A DNA stretch of 64,000 nucleotides. Origin: an uncultured virus (IMG/VR IMGVR_UViG_3300006802_000088) (lineage: Duplodnaviria; Heunggongvirae; Uroviricota; Caudoviricetes). Made by a program: the position numbers and the translations under genes. Below are positions 47,001 through 56,771 of this stretch, one piece after another. The stretch's first letter is position 1, and each line of letters begins with the position of its first letter. The DNA lies in the IMG/VR virus record IMGVR_UViG_3300006802_000088. The stretch is one strand, 5' to 3'. Below the pieces are notes generated by a model. It worked only from the letters and a program-made list of their open reading frames with translations. It was not told where the DNA came from and made no database searches.

Positions 47001-50000
47001 TTGATGCGGAAAAAAGGGATTTAGCTCTTGCTGGCATGAAGGAAAGAAATCAAAGGCTAAAAAAACAAGGCCTCAAAATCGACCCTACATTACGAGGTGA
47101 GGCGTCACCCGAAGAGCAGGTCGAAAATATTCTTATTCCAACAATGGAAATTATCGACAAATCCAGAATTGGCACAAACCTAGAAGTAGAGGCAGAAATT
47201 GAAGTAGATGTCAATGACGTTACTGGGGAAATTTCGCTTTCGGAAATTACGCATGACTCATTTATAAGCGGACGTGTTTTATCTAAGAAAAATCCATTTT
47301 CTGTAGATTCAAAAACCAAACCTCCAGTTAATGGAAAACAAAAAAGAAAAATAATAATTCAAACCACCGAAGAAGATAGAGGTATATTCCCTCATTGGTC
47401 AATGGATGTTGACAAAGATGATAAGCGCCCACAAAAGCTAGTTTTACCTCCAGGCAAGTTGAAAGTCGTAGAAATACGAGACGACGGAACAGTAATCGCT
47501 CAAATATCTGAACAGAAAGATACTGAATCAGTGTTAGATACCTTGGTCGCTGCTGATATTAAAGGAACCAGGTTTCGTTCAGTTGCCGACAGGTACATAG
47601 TTGAGCGTAGAGAAAACAAAATCCCACGCGAACAAAAAAGACCACTAAAAGCGCAAGAAACCCAAGACCGAGGAATTCTCGCCACTCGAGAATTAAAGAG
47701 AAGAGGTGGACGTTTTGGTCAAGGTCTTGATGATGACGACATAGATGAATCGTCTTCAAAACTTTCTTCTGGCAAGATTCGCACCAGAATCCAGGTCAAG
47801 TCGGAAAGAATTAAGACAGAAAAAGAAAACATTGCAGACGTCAAGGCTGTTCTCACAGGTAATGAACCAACTAAATTCAAATCACTTTCTCGTGACTCCT
47901 TGGACCCAGAGGTGGCTGAATTAATTATAAAAAACGAGCCAGAACAAATCATCAAATTAGTCGAAGACGCTGCAGTTGAACTACATAACAGCATGGATAA
48001 AAGAACAAGAGTCAGAATGAGGGAGTCCGAACTCAATAATTTTGTTTCTTCTGGTACTTACAATCCAAGATTGCAAGCAGAAACAGTTCTGGATTCAGAA
48101 TCAAAGCCAAATAGCAGGCTAAAACGCAGGATTAAGGACTTTAGGGATAAGGCAAAACAGGCTGCCGCCGCCCAGGGGGCCAAAGATGAATTCAGAAAAT
48201 TAAAAGAAGCAAATCTAGGCAACGGCGAACTACATAAACTGGATGATGCAACATTAATGAGCAACCTTGGCCTAGAACGCTCAAAACAAAAAAGTGTTAT
48301 TTCAGATAATCCAATATATAGAACAAACTCTGCCGAACAAGCAATTGCTTTGTTGGCTCTTGGCTATGAAGTAGAAGTTCCAGACAGAGCCGAACGAAAG
48401 ATGGTCAAAAATGCAGCGCTACAAACCGAAAAAGAACTTAAAACTCTTGCCGGAACAGAAGCTGACAGTCTTGGATTATCTGGTGACGAAAAAGATAAAT
48501 ACATTAAAAATTTTATGGAAACGCACGATATAGACCTTTGTGGCTTATATGAGGTCGGACGAAATCTCTTTTGTAACGAAAACATTGGAGTCAATCGTGA
48601 ACACATGCCACAGAGCGGAGGTCCCACTAAGGGAGCCAATTCACCAGCGATGAGGGCTTTAATATCTGGCCATGTTGGCGGTGAGTATAAGGATGCCTTT
48701 AACCCTTCTTTGTCTAAAGAAGATAAGGAACGATATTTGGCAATAGTGAAAAATCTGGGAAATCCTGACAAGTTTGCGAGCGTTAGTGAAGAAGATAAAA
48801 AATGGGCATTCGACAATACTGTTTGGAGCAAAGTCGAGGTTGCGACAGAACCCGAATTGATAAAATTTCTAAAACAAACCCTTCCTGGTGGAGAAGACTC
48901 AATCGTCCGTAAGTCAAAAAATCCAGACGACCTTTTTGCATCACAAAAACAATTAAAAAATGCACAAATTGATAAGACTGCTGAAAACATTTACGACCAA
49001 TACATGGCCGCCAGAGACAAGTGGGGCAAGCCGGGGACTGAAGAATTTATTAAAAATCGTCAAAATTTTTTGGATTCAAAAGAGGCATGGTTTCAGGGGG
49101 CAATACTTACGTCAAGGGATGGGTATGTAGTTGACGGACATCATCGATGGGCTGGCATCAAAATGCTTAATGACCATTTGCCAGAAGATGAAAAAATTCA
49201 AGTTCAAGTAAACGAATTGCAAACATCTATTTTTGAAGCCCTGACTTTAGCAAAAGTATTTCAAGAACATATGGAAATTAAAGGAAAAACTGTAGGAAAA
49301 GTTGTTCCTTATGAGGATGGCGAAACCAAGCCAATGTCCAAAGCAGATTTTGATGAACATATGGCGCTATTAAATAATCAGATAAAAGAAAAAATTCAAG
49401 AAATAAAAGACAAGAACATCTATCCAATTAAAGTCAAAAATCTTGCAGCCAATAACGAACCACGTTCTCCGGGTCTCAAAGATAGTCGCGACAGGTCTGT
49501 GCGAATATACGGCATGGAGTGGAAGCCGGAATACTCAGAGAACCAGGCACTTGAGGCATCCAAGAAATGGGATGGGTGGGATGATGTTCCGCTTACGGAA
49601 ATTGATTTGTCATCAGAGATTCGTCCAACCGAATCCCACTTAAAAGGTTCAGCAATAGATAGCGTTGTTTCCGGCGAAGTTCCTTTTAGAGAGGGTTATC
49701 ATCCGCATATCGTCATAGACGTTGATGGGAAAATGTATGTGTCTGATGGACACAATAGAGTTGCCATGAATCGTGCTTTAGGGAATCAGAAAATACAAGC
49801 ACGAGTAGTCGACCTTCGAAAAGTTGATGCACCATGGGGGGCGGTAGACCCAAGTAAGAAAAATTACAAAGGCTACGACCTTGTCGACCCACCAAATCCT
49901 TTTCCAAAGGATGGCACATATCCGGTCGAGATAGTGGAGGCAGCTAAACAGCAACGAGAAAAGATAGAAAAAGTAGAAAAAGAAATTACGGAAACATTAA

Positions 50001-52027
50001 TAGACCTTGCGGAAAAACATGATTCTGTCTTAATTGGCTTAAAACATAGATTGAAGTCGATTAAGTCTTTAGCAAGAAAAATTAACGACGAAAAGGGCAA
50101 TCGCTCAGCGACTGAGGCCGCAGAAGAAATGTCCGATGTTGTGCGCTACACAGCGACATTCCCTCCGGAAAACTATGTTTCTGGAGCATCTGGAATTATT
50201 GAAGATTTAAAAAAATCAGGCTACAACCTGACTGTAAAAAATTACTGGCAAGCAGGGGACCCATATCAGGGCATCAATATTGCCGCCGTTCATCCAAATG
50301 GAACAAGATTTGAATTGCAATTTCACACACCACAGTCCGCTATCGATAAAGAAGCCATTCATGAGATTTACGATGAATACAAAGTCGCCACTGACCCCAA
50401 AAAACGTTTTCAACTATATAACAGAATGACAAGAATGGCGGAGAGAATAGCAATTCCTGCTGAAAAAGATAAACTTTATGAAATTGGCGAAATAAGAACT
50501 CAGGAATTTTCCCCGACAAGAACCAAATCAGAAATTTCTAAATTGGTTACTAGGGATTTTAATAGATATTCAAATAACCAACTGATTACCAGAAAATCAG
50601 GCCAAATTATTGACGCAGCAATGAGAAGGGCTGGGTTTGATAAAGATATTCGGGAAAAAGTTAATTTTGCTGTTCTTTTAATTTCGTCCTACAACAAGAA
50701 CAATCAACACAATACTTTTTCATATTTCGTAAAAGACCTAATTAAAAATACTGGACCAACTATTGCCAGAATATCAATACAAGAAGTAGCCAAAAAAGAA
50801 AGAATACCTCTAGAGGAATTAAATAAAATTTTATCAACAATTGACCAACAAGAATTTAAAAACATATCTAGTCGTGAGGATAAAAATTCCAAACTAGCTT
50901 TTAATATTGCGTATAAAATTTTAAACGAAATACGCAATTCTGTTGATATGAGAAAAGCCGATTATGAAACCAAAACTGCAAAAAATGATTTAGAAATGGG
51001 TCAAAGATTTAAATTCAAAAAAGGGTCTTCTGCTGATAATTATCGATTAAAGTACGAAGAAGAAATAGGTATCCCAGCAGACACCCCAGCCGCGCTTCGT
51101 CCAGTAACTGGGTATGTCGTAAATAAGTCACATATTGAAGAAAAGAAAAAACGAGTACAAAAAACTGGCTCCGGCAACTATGGGGCTGATGCAATTTTTG
51201 AAATACAAGACAAAGATGTCATAGGCGACGGACTTACTGCCTCTGGAGAGATAGAGGTGGTTCTACGTCCGGAAACGGCAAATAGAGTTGCCTATGGCAG
51301 GGGTAACTCGTTTGACACAAAGCATCAACCAGTATTGCTCGACTCTACAGAGAGGGACGATATTGTAAACGCAGTCACAATTAGTGGTGGGTTAAATAAA
51401 GATGACGAAAACCTTGATGCCATGCTTCATTTGCTTGGTTCATCGAAGGATAAAAATTACTCACACGTAGGTGCTAGAAGAGATTCGAATGGCAGAATGA
51501 AACCAGTCGGAAAAATTGACCCATCAGACGATAGGGAGCACGAAGTATTTGAAGCAAATATTCTTGGTGGATTTTCAAAAGACGAAGTTGAAGGGATTCA
51601 CTATCCATTTTCAAAAGTTGTAAAACTTGCGGAAAACGAAGATATTTCGGATGTCATAAATATCGAAATCCTTAAACCAAGGATGCAAAAACTTGGATTC
51701 ACTTCAGACGAAATTCAATACATATCAGTTATGTCAAAACAGTTGCCTATTATCACTCCAGGAATTCAGAAATTAAAAGAATACAGAACCGCTAAAAAAA
51801 TAAAGAAAAAATATGAATCAATGGGGATTGGCTATGTTAAATTTGCTCACCCAACTGGTATAAATATCGAAAACCCAAAAACATACAATAAAACTGCGAA
51901 TACTAACGATAATCCCGAGCAAGTAATCAAGCAAAATATTTACTCGGAACTAGATGAGGTGTTAAGGGATATTGTAAAAAAGATGAGAAAAAGTAAAACA
52001 CGAGAACTAGTTGGTGACCCAGAATGA
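44078..52027 (+). CDS. Giant polyvalent protein: zincin HExxH, degenerate ART-like, two ParB-like, RelA/SpoT-like nucleotidyltransferase domains
   Basis: KHEIAH; KLVLPPGKLKVVEI; VVDGHHRW and VSDGHNR; RLKSIKSLARK...SDVVRYT...YQGIN...FELQFHT. Confidence 0.75.
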   Translation: MTGKPFRKTRIIISDKLISARTEIKNTDSSAHFFKNAVSESMSSPRLDADLAIKSLGSSIGSKKKPTYDNTDNKTRTNSGGEPGMVVTPDGYRYQPKEKNGPGKKLVLFPSQKSRESNGKTSNFGWLDRENTSSIKNYIQHQKEQPQIRIRKFKVNPKTDEIIPGSDIEMSPFRKDNNSENNISEKMLPGRTLGSRGTSLIGRAAGKFGIVRDALNKFRCPPGTPAANQFTDHMGSNCFGQSAGDLVDFAIDAFQAARKAFTEPNSRETLSKFFKEAAYDADNGRFGSFFARTMWRDADGNKIRNLRKWNSELREGEYKIFAGGMANAQLELEAQDNRIANLRDLLGIPSTPETRKNNDDLHEIFRILKERGMLNVTLGSPNPQEEGEGQRPTPEQVAQVVEARLRAVPGFSELPREQQKRVIANDIERFYETERALLEGFLDEYVKNPEHMGTIKNLIYEYKTSPPFKSLDEASYDANVINGQAIGEIRIDIPFIMYSQETMLPQLADNERLRIDVVGAKTDSEAAKHLGDFLLTTAQHSKQHAATVEERGFARHIIKHEIAHSIQARAFFDEAKRQINENGFISIGDKKIESLDKLTGSDLISLMSQSADSINLEQLSKALSRTENIMFMAGEYPRAYISEGRELTAIEATAELWALRNAGLIWGDDVDAALEWMDNIADGRIGEKRVRSDMETMRIVEDSYYLSPGESSAPWYVPEDPVATAAAKKRAENKALKASIEKLDHDTIIDELAQLEFKKDEINLKINAAKAIGEDVSDLEKQLSELKSDEKIIRSVWKKKYGTGSEDATALKLLIKKRREEHGAFTPDVLESKIRDKKIMAAKADAATIDSLDELVEMMAAYDLDIRLATSDKDKGLKREERKAYLSRYRALLDKSGDSRSWVEQKREMEEKIDRILRPTKTAPLKKPKTPTTDKQATDVGNKAREEALRTATPRQRIAVSEFSDSQTSSVAQLFDAEKRDLALAGMKERNQRLKKQGLKIDPTLRGEASPEEQVENILIPTMEIIDKSRIGTNLEVEAEIEVDVNDVTGEISLSEITHDSFISGRVLSKKNPFSVDSKTKPPVNGKQKRKIIIQTTEEDRGIFPHWSMDVDKDDKRPQKLVLPPGKLKVVEIRDDGTVIAQISEQKDTESVLDTLVAADIKGTRFRSVADRYIVERRENKIPREQKRPLKAQETQDRGILATRELKRRGGRFGQGLDDDDIDESSSKLSSGKIRTRIQVKSERIKTEKENIADVKAVLTGNEPTKFKSLSRDSLDPEVAELIIKNEPEQIIKLVEDAAVELHNSMDKRTRVRMRESELNNFVSSGTYNPRLQAETVLDSESKPNSRLKRRIKDFRDKAKQAAAAQGAKDEFRKLKEANLGNGELHKLDDATLMSNLGLERSKQKSVISDNPIYRTNSAEQAIALLALGYEVEVPDRAERKMVKNAALQTEKELKTLAGTEADSLGLSGDEKDKYIKNFMETHDIDLCGLYEVGRNLFCNENIGVNREHMPQSGGPTKGANSPAMRALISGHVGGEYKDAFNPSLSKEDKERYLAIVKNLGNPDKFASVSEEDKKWAFDNTVWSKVEVATEPELIKFLKQTLPGGEDSIVRKSKNPDDLFASQKQLKNAQIDKTAENIYDQYMAARDKWGKPGTEEFIKNRQNFLDSKEAWFQGAILTSRDGYVVDGHHRWAGIKMLNDHLPEDEKIQVQVNELQTSIFEALTLAKVFQEHMEIKGKTVGKVVPYEDGETKPMSKADFDEHMALLNNQIKEKIQEIKDKNIYPIKVKNLAANNEPRSPGLKDSRDRSVRIYGMEWKPEYSENQALEASKKWDGWDDVPLTEIDLSSEIRPTESHLKGSAIDSVVSGEVPFREGYHPHIVIDVDGKMYVSDGHNRVAMNRALGNQKIQARVVDLRKVDAPWGAVDPSKKNYKGYDLVDPPNPFPKDGTYPVEIVEAAKQQREKIEKVEKEITETLIDLAEKHDSVLIGLKHRLKSIKSLARKINDEKGNRSATEAAEEMSDVVRYTATFPPENYVSGASGIIEDLKKSGYNLTVKNYWQAGDPYQGINIAAVHPNGTRFELQFHTPQSAIDKEAIHEIYDEYKVATDPKKRFQLYNRMTRMAERIAIPAEKDKLYEIGEIRTQEFSPTRTKSEISKLVTRDFNRYSNNQLITRKSGQIIDAAMRRAGFDKDIREKVNFAVLLISSYNKNNQHNTFSYFVKDLIKNTGPTIARISIQEVAKKERIPLEELNKILSTIDQQEFKNISSREDKNSKLAFNIAYKILNEIRNSVDMRKADYETKTAKNDLEMGQRFKFKKGSSADNYRLKYEEEIGIPADTPAALRPVTGYVVNKSHIEEKKKRVQKTGSGNYGADAIFEIQDKDVIGDGLTASGEIEVVLRPETANRVAYGRGNSFDTKHQPVLLDSTERDDIVNAVTISGGLNKDDENLDAMLHLLGSSKDKNYSHVGARRDSNGRMKPVGKIDPSDDREHEVFEANILGGFSKDEVEGIHYPFSKVVKLAENEDISDVINIEILKPRMQKLGFTSDEIQYISVMSKQLPIITPGIQKLKEYRTAKKIKKKYESMGIGYVKFAHPTGINIENPKTYNKTANTNDNPEQVIKQNIYSELDEVLRDIVKKMRKSKTRELVGDPE

Positions 52028-52488
52028 AAGCGGTGCTGGTGGGTGGAATAGAGGACGAAAAACTCTATTACGTAATTGACTCCAAAGGCTCATCCAAGGA
52101 CGGGGTATTGGTTGCCCCAGATGGCCGTGCTGTAATGATTAGGTTTTTTTCTTGGGTGTCTCAAAACCCAGGAATTAGGAAAATAAGAAACACAAAATTT
52201 CATCGTTTTTTATGGGATTCTCCTGCTGACCCCTCAAAAGGTAAGTGGTTTGATGTTTTTATTGGAAAAAATATAGAGATTGACAAATCCATGCTGGATG
52301 GAGTTGTTGTTACTACAGACATAAAGCCGTCTCAAAAAATTATTAAAAAGAAAATTGACAATGCCGGGAAATCTATGTCCACCAAGAAGGACCGAACAAT
52401 GATACTCTCAAATAAGGCTTTATTTCGGCCCGAAGAAGCACATAGGGCATGGCTCCTAATGAAGCTCTTTGATACTGGAGAAAATTAA
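52024..52488 (+). CDS. Hypothetical protein
   Basis: ATGA-coupled 154-aa ORF. Confidence 0.65.
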   Translation: MKAVLVGGIEDEKLYYVIDSKGSSKDGVLVAPDGRAVMIRFFSWVSQNPGIRKIRNTKFHRFLWDSPADPSKGKWFDVFIGKNIEIDKSMLDGVVVTTDIKPSQKIIKKKIDNAGKSMSTKKDRTMILSNKALFRPEEAHRAWLLMKLFDTGEN

Positions 52489-52489
52489 A

Positions 52490-53143
52490 ATGAACGAAAA
52501 CGATTTTTCTCAAAAACTAGACCCCCTTGGCGGCATTCTCCCTCAAGAATTAATTACGGGAGATATTCTTCGCGGCTATGGCCCACGTCGAGGCAACCTA
52601 GAAAGACTCCTTAGATATTGGCGTCCAATAATGAGAAAGCCTGGCGGATTTCGTCGATGCAGAGTCATACTTGCCAACCACCCGGAACTTTATCCCCTCA
52701 ACAATATCTGCGCATGGCTACATCATGAAACAACTGGTCTTTGGCCAAACGAAGGCTGCCATCATCCAGGTATGAAAAATTGTCGAGGCAAGTTAAAGAA
52801 AAGAAACTGGTCAAATATTGATTTTTCTAGGAGATTAAGAAGTTTAGGAAAGCCTAAGAAAAAAACTTTAGAATTTAACGAAGAAAATGATGATGTTTTC
52901 TTTCATGAATTTAAATCATTGCCTCAAGACGAATTAACCCCAGTTGTGACTAATTCGGATATCACTCACGGTATTGAAGTTTTAAGAGACTTTATTGAAA
53001 TGGAAGAAAAATTTATACAAGAGCTCAGAAATGTAGATAATTGGGAAATACATGGCGAAGACGAAAATGGTCAAAAAATGATTATCGAGGCATCTGAGAA
53101 GTCTTTAAATCAGGAATGTTGTTCGCAAGATGATTTTATCTAA
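52490..53143 (+). CDS. Hypothetical head-region protein (Cys/His motif)
   Basis: GNLERLLRYW...PGGFRRC...CAWLHHETTGLWP; GGAG RBS before ATG 52490. Confidence 0.65.
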   Translation: MNENDFSQKLDPLGGILPQELITGDILRGYGPRRGNLERLLRYWRPIMRKPGGFRRCRVILANHPELYPLNNICAWLHHETTGLWPNEGCHHPGMKNCRGKLKKRNWSNIDFSRRLRSLGKPKKKTLEFNEENDDVFFHEFKSLPQDELTPVVTNSDITHGIEVLRDFIEMEEKFIQELRNVDNWEIHGEDENGQKMIIEASEKSLNQECCSQDDFI

Positions 53144-55148
53144 AGACGGCTGTTGTCCTGAATCTAGTTTAGACTCTAGGATATCTATAACTCGATTTAT
53201 ATTGACTGATTTATCAAGTTTAGAAAAATTAAACTTATTCAAATCAAAAAGAAAATTAAACTCGCAAATAATTGATTATAAATCGCTTGCCCAAAGAAAC
53301 GGAAGTCAAAGGTCGAAAAAAAACAAAAAATCTGATTTTCAATTACTTGAAACTAAGAAATTAGGTCGAACCGCATTAAGCCTTCTGGTGCCAGGAGATT
53401 CAGACCCAATACGCTCACCTGTAAGGTCTGCTGTTTATAGAGCCCTAACTCCTGGTAAACCCAGTTTTTCTGGAAGCATACCGACCAAGCCATCAAGAGG
53501 TTATCGATGCCCCGAAGGCTATCAATACGGAGGTCGATTTACTGATTCACGTCTTTCTACTTGTGGTGTAAAACTTTTTGACATACCATCTCCTTTAGGT
53601 TTAGCTTTAGCGGCCCTGAGAAGACTTGCAAAAAAACCAAAATTTCCTGAAGTGCGGGCAAATCCTGTAACTGGTGCGCCCATCGCTGGGAATTTAATAG
53701 AAACAAGAAGACCTCAAATTCCAAAAGTTTCTTTAACTAATTCGAGAGTCGCAGAAGTTCAAATAAAAGAAATGGTCAAACAAATAGGCCAACATAATGG
53801 CAAGGTTGCCAGAATGGTCAGAAGAGATGGGTTTACCTTAGAACCGGTTGTTCCTGCAAAGGTTTTAAGGGCAATTCCGGATAACAGAGACATGGAGGGT
53901 GCAACATATATTTTATCAGCTTTGTCCCCATCAGATATCGGTAATGATGAACTTGGGTTACTCTCAAACACTGGCGTAACATCACTTATTTACGTAATGC
54001 CTGGGGGCTCAACTCTTACTTTAAAGAAAAGACGCAAACTTTCAATTGGCGAAAGAAGAAAGCTGGGAAGAACAGTAAATTCGTCGATGACCGTCAATAA
54101 TTCAAAGGACCCAGGCGCTCGATTAAAAGCTGTAGTCAGAGAGACGGGCGACGGAATGAGTTATTCGGAAAATTTTATTGGAATAAAAAATCCTAATCAG
54201 ATTATTAATGGTAAACCTAAATGGTCAATTGATGCATTTAAAGCACAAAATAGAAAAACAAAAATCCCCAATTCTCAAGACATATCTCGGGAGTCAGTTT
54301 CGAATGAAGCTATAGCCGGGAAAATTAATTCGATAGAAAAAGCCATAGACCATCTATCTTCTGGCGGCAGCTTGTCCAAGATATCACCAGCGATACTCTC
54401 CCAGGTTTTGTCAAGTAGTTCAGACATCCAAATTCAAAGATTGGAAAATAACCAGTCCCTAGTTACCTACGGCAATAAAAAATATTTTTTACATTCAGCA
54501 CCCAGACAATATCAGCACATTGAAGAGCTTTTTGCTTCCGATATACAGCAATACATGGGGCTTGAATCACCAGATATTATTTTGGCTTCCGGCGAAGGTC
54601 CGGAGCGGCCATATCTCAGAGAAGACGTTGAAACCGCTTTTAGCGGAGCAAAATTTAATCCTCAAATCAAATTTGACGATTTAGACCCTAAAGATGTTGC
54701 AACAATTATGTTGTCGGATTTTCTGACAGACCAAGAATCTAGACCATTATCCTCCATATATCCAATGGAGAGCGCATCTGGTACTGTGCCAATGTTGGCT
54801 CAAAATAATTTATCCAAATTAGTAGACCTAGATAAAATTTCTATTGTAAAAAGAAATAAAATGAATTTAAAAGAATTTTATAATAATTTTTCTGGAAATT
54901 ATTACTCAAAATATTATCTTGCTCTAAAAGCCGAACAAAAAGTTGTTTTTAGAAAAACCCTGGACAAATTAATATCAAGAGCCAAAGCAGCAAATCTTGC
55001 AGCAATGAGGGAAAGATTTAGCAAATACGGTTTATCTGCCGGAGAAAAACAACACTTAAATATTCTTGAAAAATTGTTCAACGTGAGACTTGAAACTTTA
55101 GTGAACTCAAAGAGAAGTATTACCGAAATGCTAGAAGGACGACAATAA
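53130..55148 (+). CDS. Multidomain protein with C-terminal degenerate HipA/PI3K-like kinase fold
   Basis: RCPEG..GGRFT motif; EELFASDI..MGLESP...MLSDFLTDQESR resembles E..AS..A..LG...D.L..N.DR but lacks canonical residues. Confidence 0.5.
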   Translation: MILSKDGCCPESSLDSRISITRFILTDLSSLEKLNLFKSKRKLNSQIIDYKSLAQRNGSQRSKKNKKSDFQLLETKKLGRTALSLLVPGDSDPIRSPVRSAVYRALTPGKPSFSGSIPTKPSRGYRCPEGYQYGGRFTDSRLSTCGVKLFDIPSPLGLALAALRRLAKKPKFPEVRANPVTGAPIAGNLIETRRPQIPKVSLTNSRVAEVQIKEMVKQIGQHNGKVARMVRRDGFTLEPVVPAKVLRAIPDNRDMEGATYILSALSPSDIGNDELGLLSNTGVTSLIYVMPGGSTLTLKKRRKLSIGERRKLGRTVNSSMTVNNSKDPGARLKAVVRETGDGMSYSENFIGIKNPNQIINGKPKWSIDAFKAQNRKTKIPNSQDISRESVSNEAIAGKINSIEKAIDHLSSGGSLSKISPAILSQVLSSSSDIQIQRLENNQSLVTYGNKKYFLHSAPRQYQHIEELFASDIQQYMGLESPDIILASGEGPERPYLREDVETAFSGAKFNPQIKFDDLDPKDVATIMLSDFLTDQESRPLSSIYPMESASGTVPMLAQNNLSKLVDLDKISIVKRNKMNLKEFYNNFSGNYYSKYYLALKAEQKVVFRKTLDKLISRAKAANLAAMRERFSKYGLSAGEKQHLNILEKLFNVRLETLVNSKRSITEMLEGRQ

Positions 55149-55930
55149 TGAATTCGTTTTCAGTTATTTATGATGCTGTAAGAAAAATCCCTTTTGCTCT
55201 TGCGTTTAAGAAAGATAATCAAATAACTTTTCATGGGGTTAACTCGCTTGGTGAGTCTTGGGCTAGAGAGATGAATGAGAAGGCAGTAAGTGCGTGCTGT
55301 TGGGACATACCTAGTGGCATGGCTCGCTCTGCGTACAAAAGCTTCAATAAAGAAGAGGAATATCTCTTAATTAAGAGTTTTGGTATACCAAGAGACCAGG
55401 TCGAGACAAAAACCCTGCTAACAACAGGTACTCAAAATAAAGAAAATATCACCCCAAAGTCGACAATAGGTGCAAAATCGTTTATTGAAAGACGTTTATC
55501 AATCAGTAGCAAATCCCTGCACAAACCGCTATTAATTAGCGGCTTGAGCCAACATGGAAATGAAAATAAACAGATAAATCTAGAATATAAGGTAAAAACA
55601 TTCACTATTAATAGAAAAGTTAGCTCTTTTGCAAACTTAATTAAAGCCAAGAGTCTTGGTTTCGACCCACAGACCAATTTGTTCAAAAACAAACCATCCA
55701 ATGAACTATCTGATTTTTCAATACAAAAGATGATGGAAAACATTGGGTTTGGTGTTTTAAGACGTTTTGGCCGCAAAAATTTAAATCAACAAGATTTATC
55801 TTTATTAAAGAGAAGAGTCAGCAGACGTGTTGGGAGTTTGACTGAAGCGGGAGCTGAGGACAAAAAAAGTTTAAATTTTGGTCAGAAAAAAAATAATTTA
55901 TTTTACGTAAATACCAGGTTAATAAAATGA
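55148..55930 (+). CDS. Hypothetical protein
   Basis: 260-aa coupled ORF. Confidence 0.6.
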   Translation: MNSFSVIYDAVRKIPFALAFKKDNQITFHGVNSLGESWAREMNEKAVSACCWDIPSGMARSAYKSFNKEEEYLLIKSFGIPRDQVETKTLLTTGTQNKENITPKSTIGAKSFIERRLSISSKSLHKPLLISGLSQHGNENKQINLEYKVKTFTINRKVSSFANLIKAKSLGFDPQTNLFKNKPSNELSDFSIQKMMENIGFGVLRRFGRKNLNQQDLSLLKRRVSRRVGSLTEAGAEDKKSLNFGQKKNNLFYVNTRLIK

Positions 55931-56619
55931 AAAAACCAAAATCTCAATTAAACGAAAAAATACAAGCCTTAAATGTCGCCAAAATGATTGGCTGTAGTGG
56001 TGCCCACAGGACTTCCGACGGTGTTTGGATGCCATGTGAGTCTCATGAAATTCTTAATGAAATATCTACCGTGGCAGAATCCTCTAGGTGGCAAACTGTC
56101 GTCCCTGGGTCAAGAGCGGAAAGAATTCAAAAAAAATCTGATGAAACTTCACAAAAAAGCAGTCAAGAAGACGCTCGCAGATTTACTCGGATGAAAAAGG
56201 GTAGAAAATACAAGAAAAGAAGAAACCTCCCAATGCATACCGGAGTAATACACCTTGACGGAGTAGGCCTTGTTTCCGATAGCGGAATTTCCATGAAATC
56301 TGAAATAAAATCCTTGAATAGAGGCCCTGAGTACGTAAGGGAAACAGACCCAGATGTATTTTTAGACCCAGAATCAGCAAGATTTAGGTCGCGACAACTT
56401 GGCTGCATTGGTATAAGCAGAAGAATTTCAAAAAACGGGAGAGCCGTTTGGATGCCATGCACAAATATGACTGATTATTCAAGGCTTTCTGGAACCACAT
56501 CCCTTGGCAGAAGACGTCAAAGAGAAAACAGCCAATCCATGGTTAGGACCATCTTGCGTCAAGAGTTGGGCAAATTAAAAAGAAAAAAATCAATTTGCGA
56601 AGAGATTTTAGAAAAATAA
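55927..56619 (+). CDS. Hypothetical protein with duplicated GC.G...WMPC motif
   Basis: IGCSGAH..DGVWMPC and LGCIGISR...VWMPC. Confidence 0.65.
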   Translation: MKKPKSQLNEKIQALNVAKMIGCSGAHRTSDGVWMPCESHEILNEISTVAESSRWQTVVPGSRAERIQKKSDETSQKSSQEDARRFTRMKKGRKYKKRRNLPMHTGVIHLDGVGLVSDSGISMKSEIKSLNRGPEYVRETDPDVFLDPESARFRSRQLGCIGISRRISKNGRAVWMPCTNMTDYSRLSGTTSLGRRRQRENSQSMVRTILRQELGKLKRKKSICEEILEK

Positions 56620-56699
56620 AATATTTATTGACATTCTTTTCTCTTAAACACAACTAGTTGCACTATAGGTGCAAAATGCCTGCTAATTTTGATAACTAG

Positions 56700-56720
56700 G
56701 GCTGGGTGCTTACCTAAGCC
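56700..56720 (+). promoter_or_regulatory. 5'-leader hairpin of capsid mRNA, downstream of TGcTAATTT -10
   Basis: GGCUGGGU-GCUU-ACCUAAGCC. Confidence 0.5.
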
Positions 56721-56771
56721 ACGAAAAATAAATATTAAACCCAACCCTCAAATTTCAATAGGAGAAATATC

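Noticed and set aside
33350..50937. Many antisense ORFs in the track (e.g. 34358-35212, 40157-40951, 48364-48990)
   Set aside because: Shadows of long sense genes, Ser/Phe/Leu-rich, with no motifs.
32862..52027. Inteins or stop-codon recoding as the cause of the giant ORFs
   Set aside because: No C/S...HN splice motifs or LAGLIDADG blocks were recognised, and genes across the window end normally at TAA, TAG and TGA.
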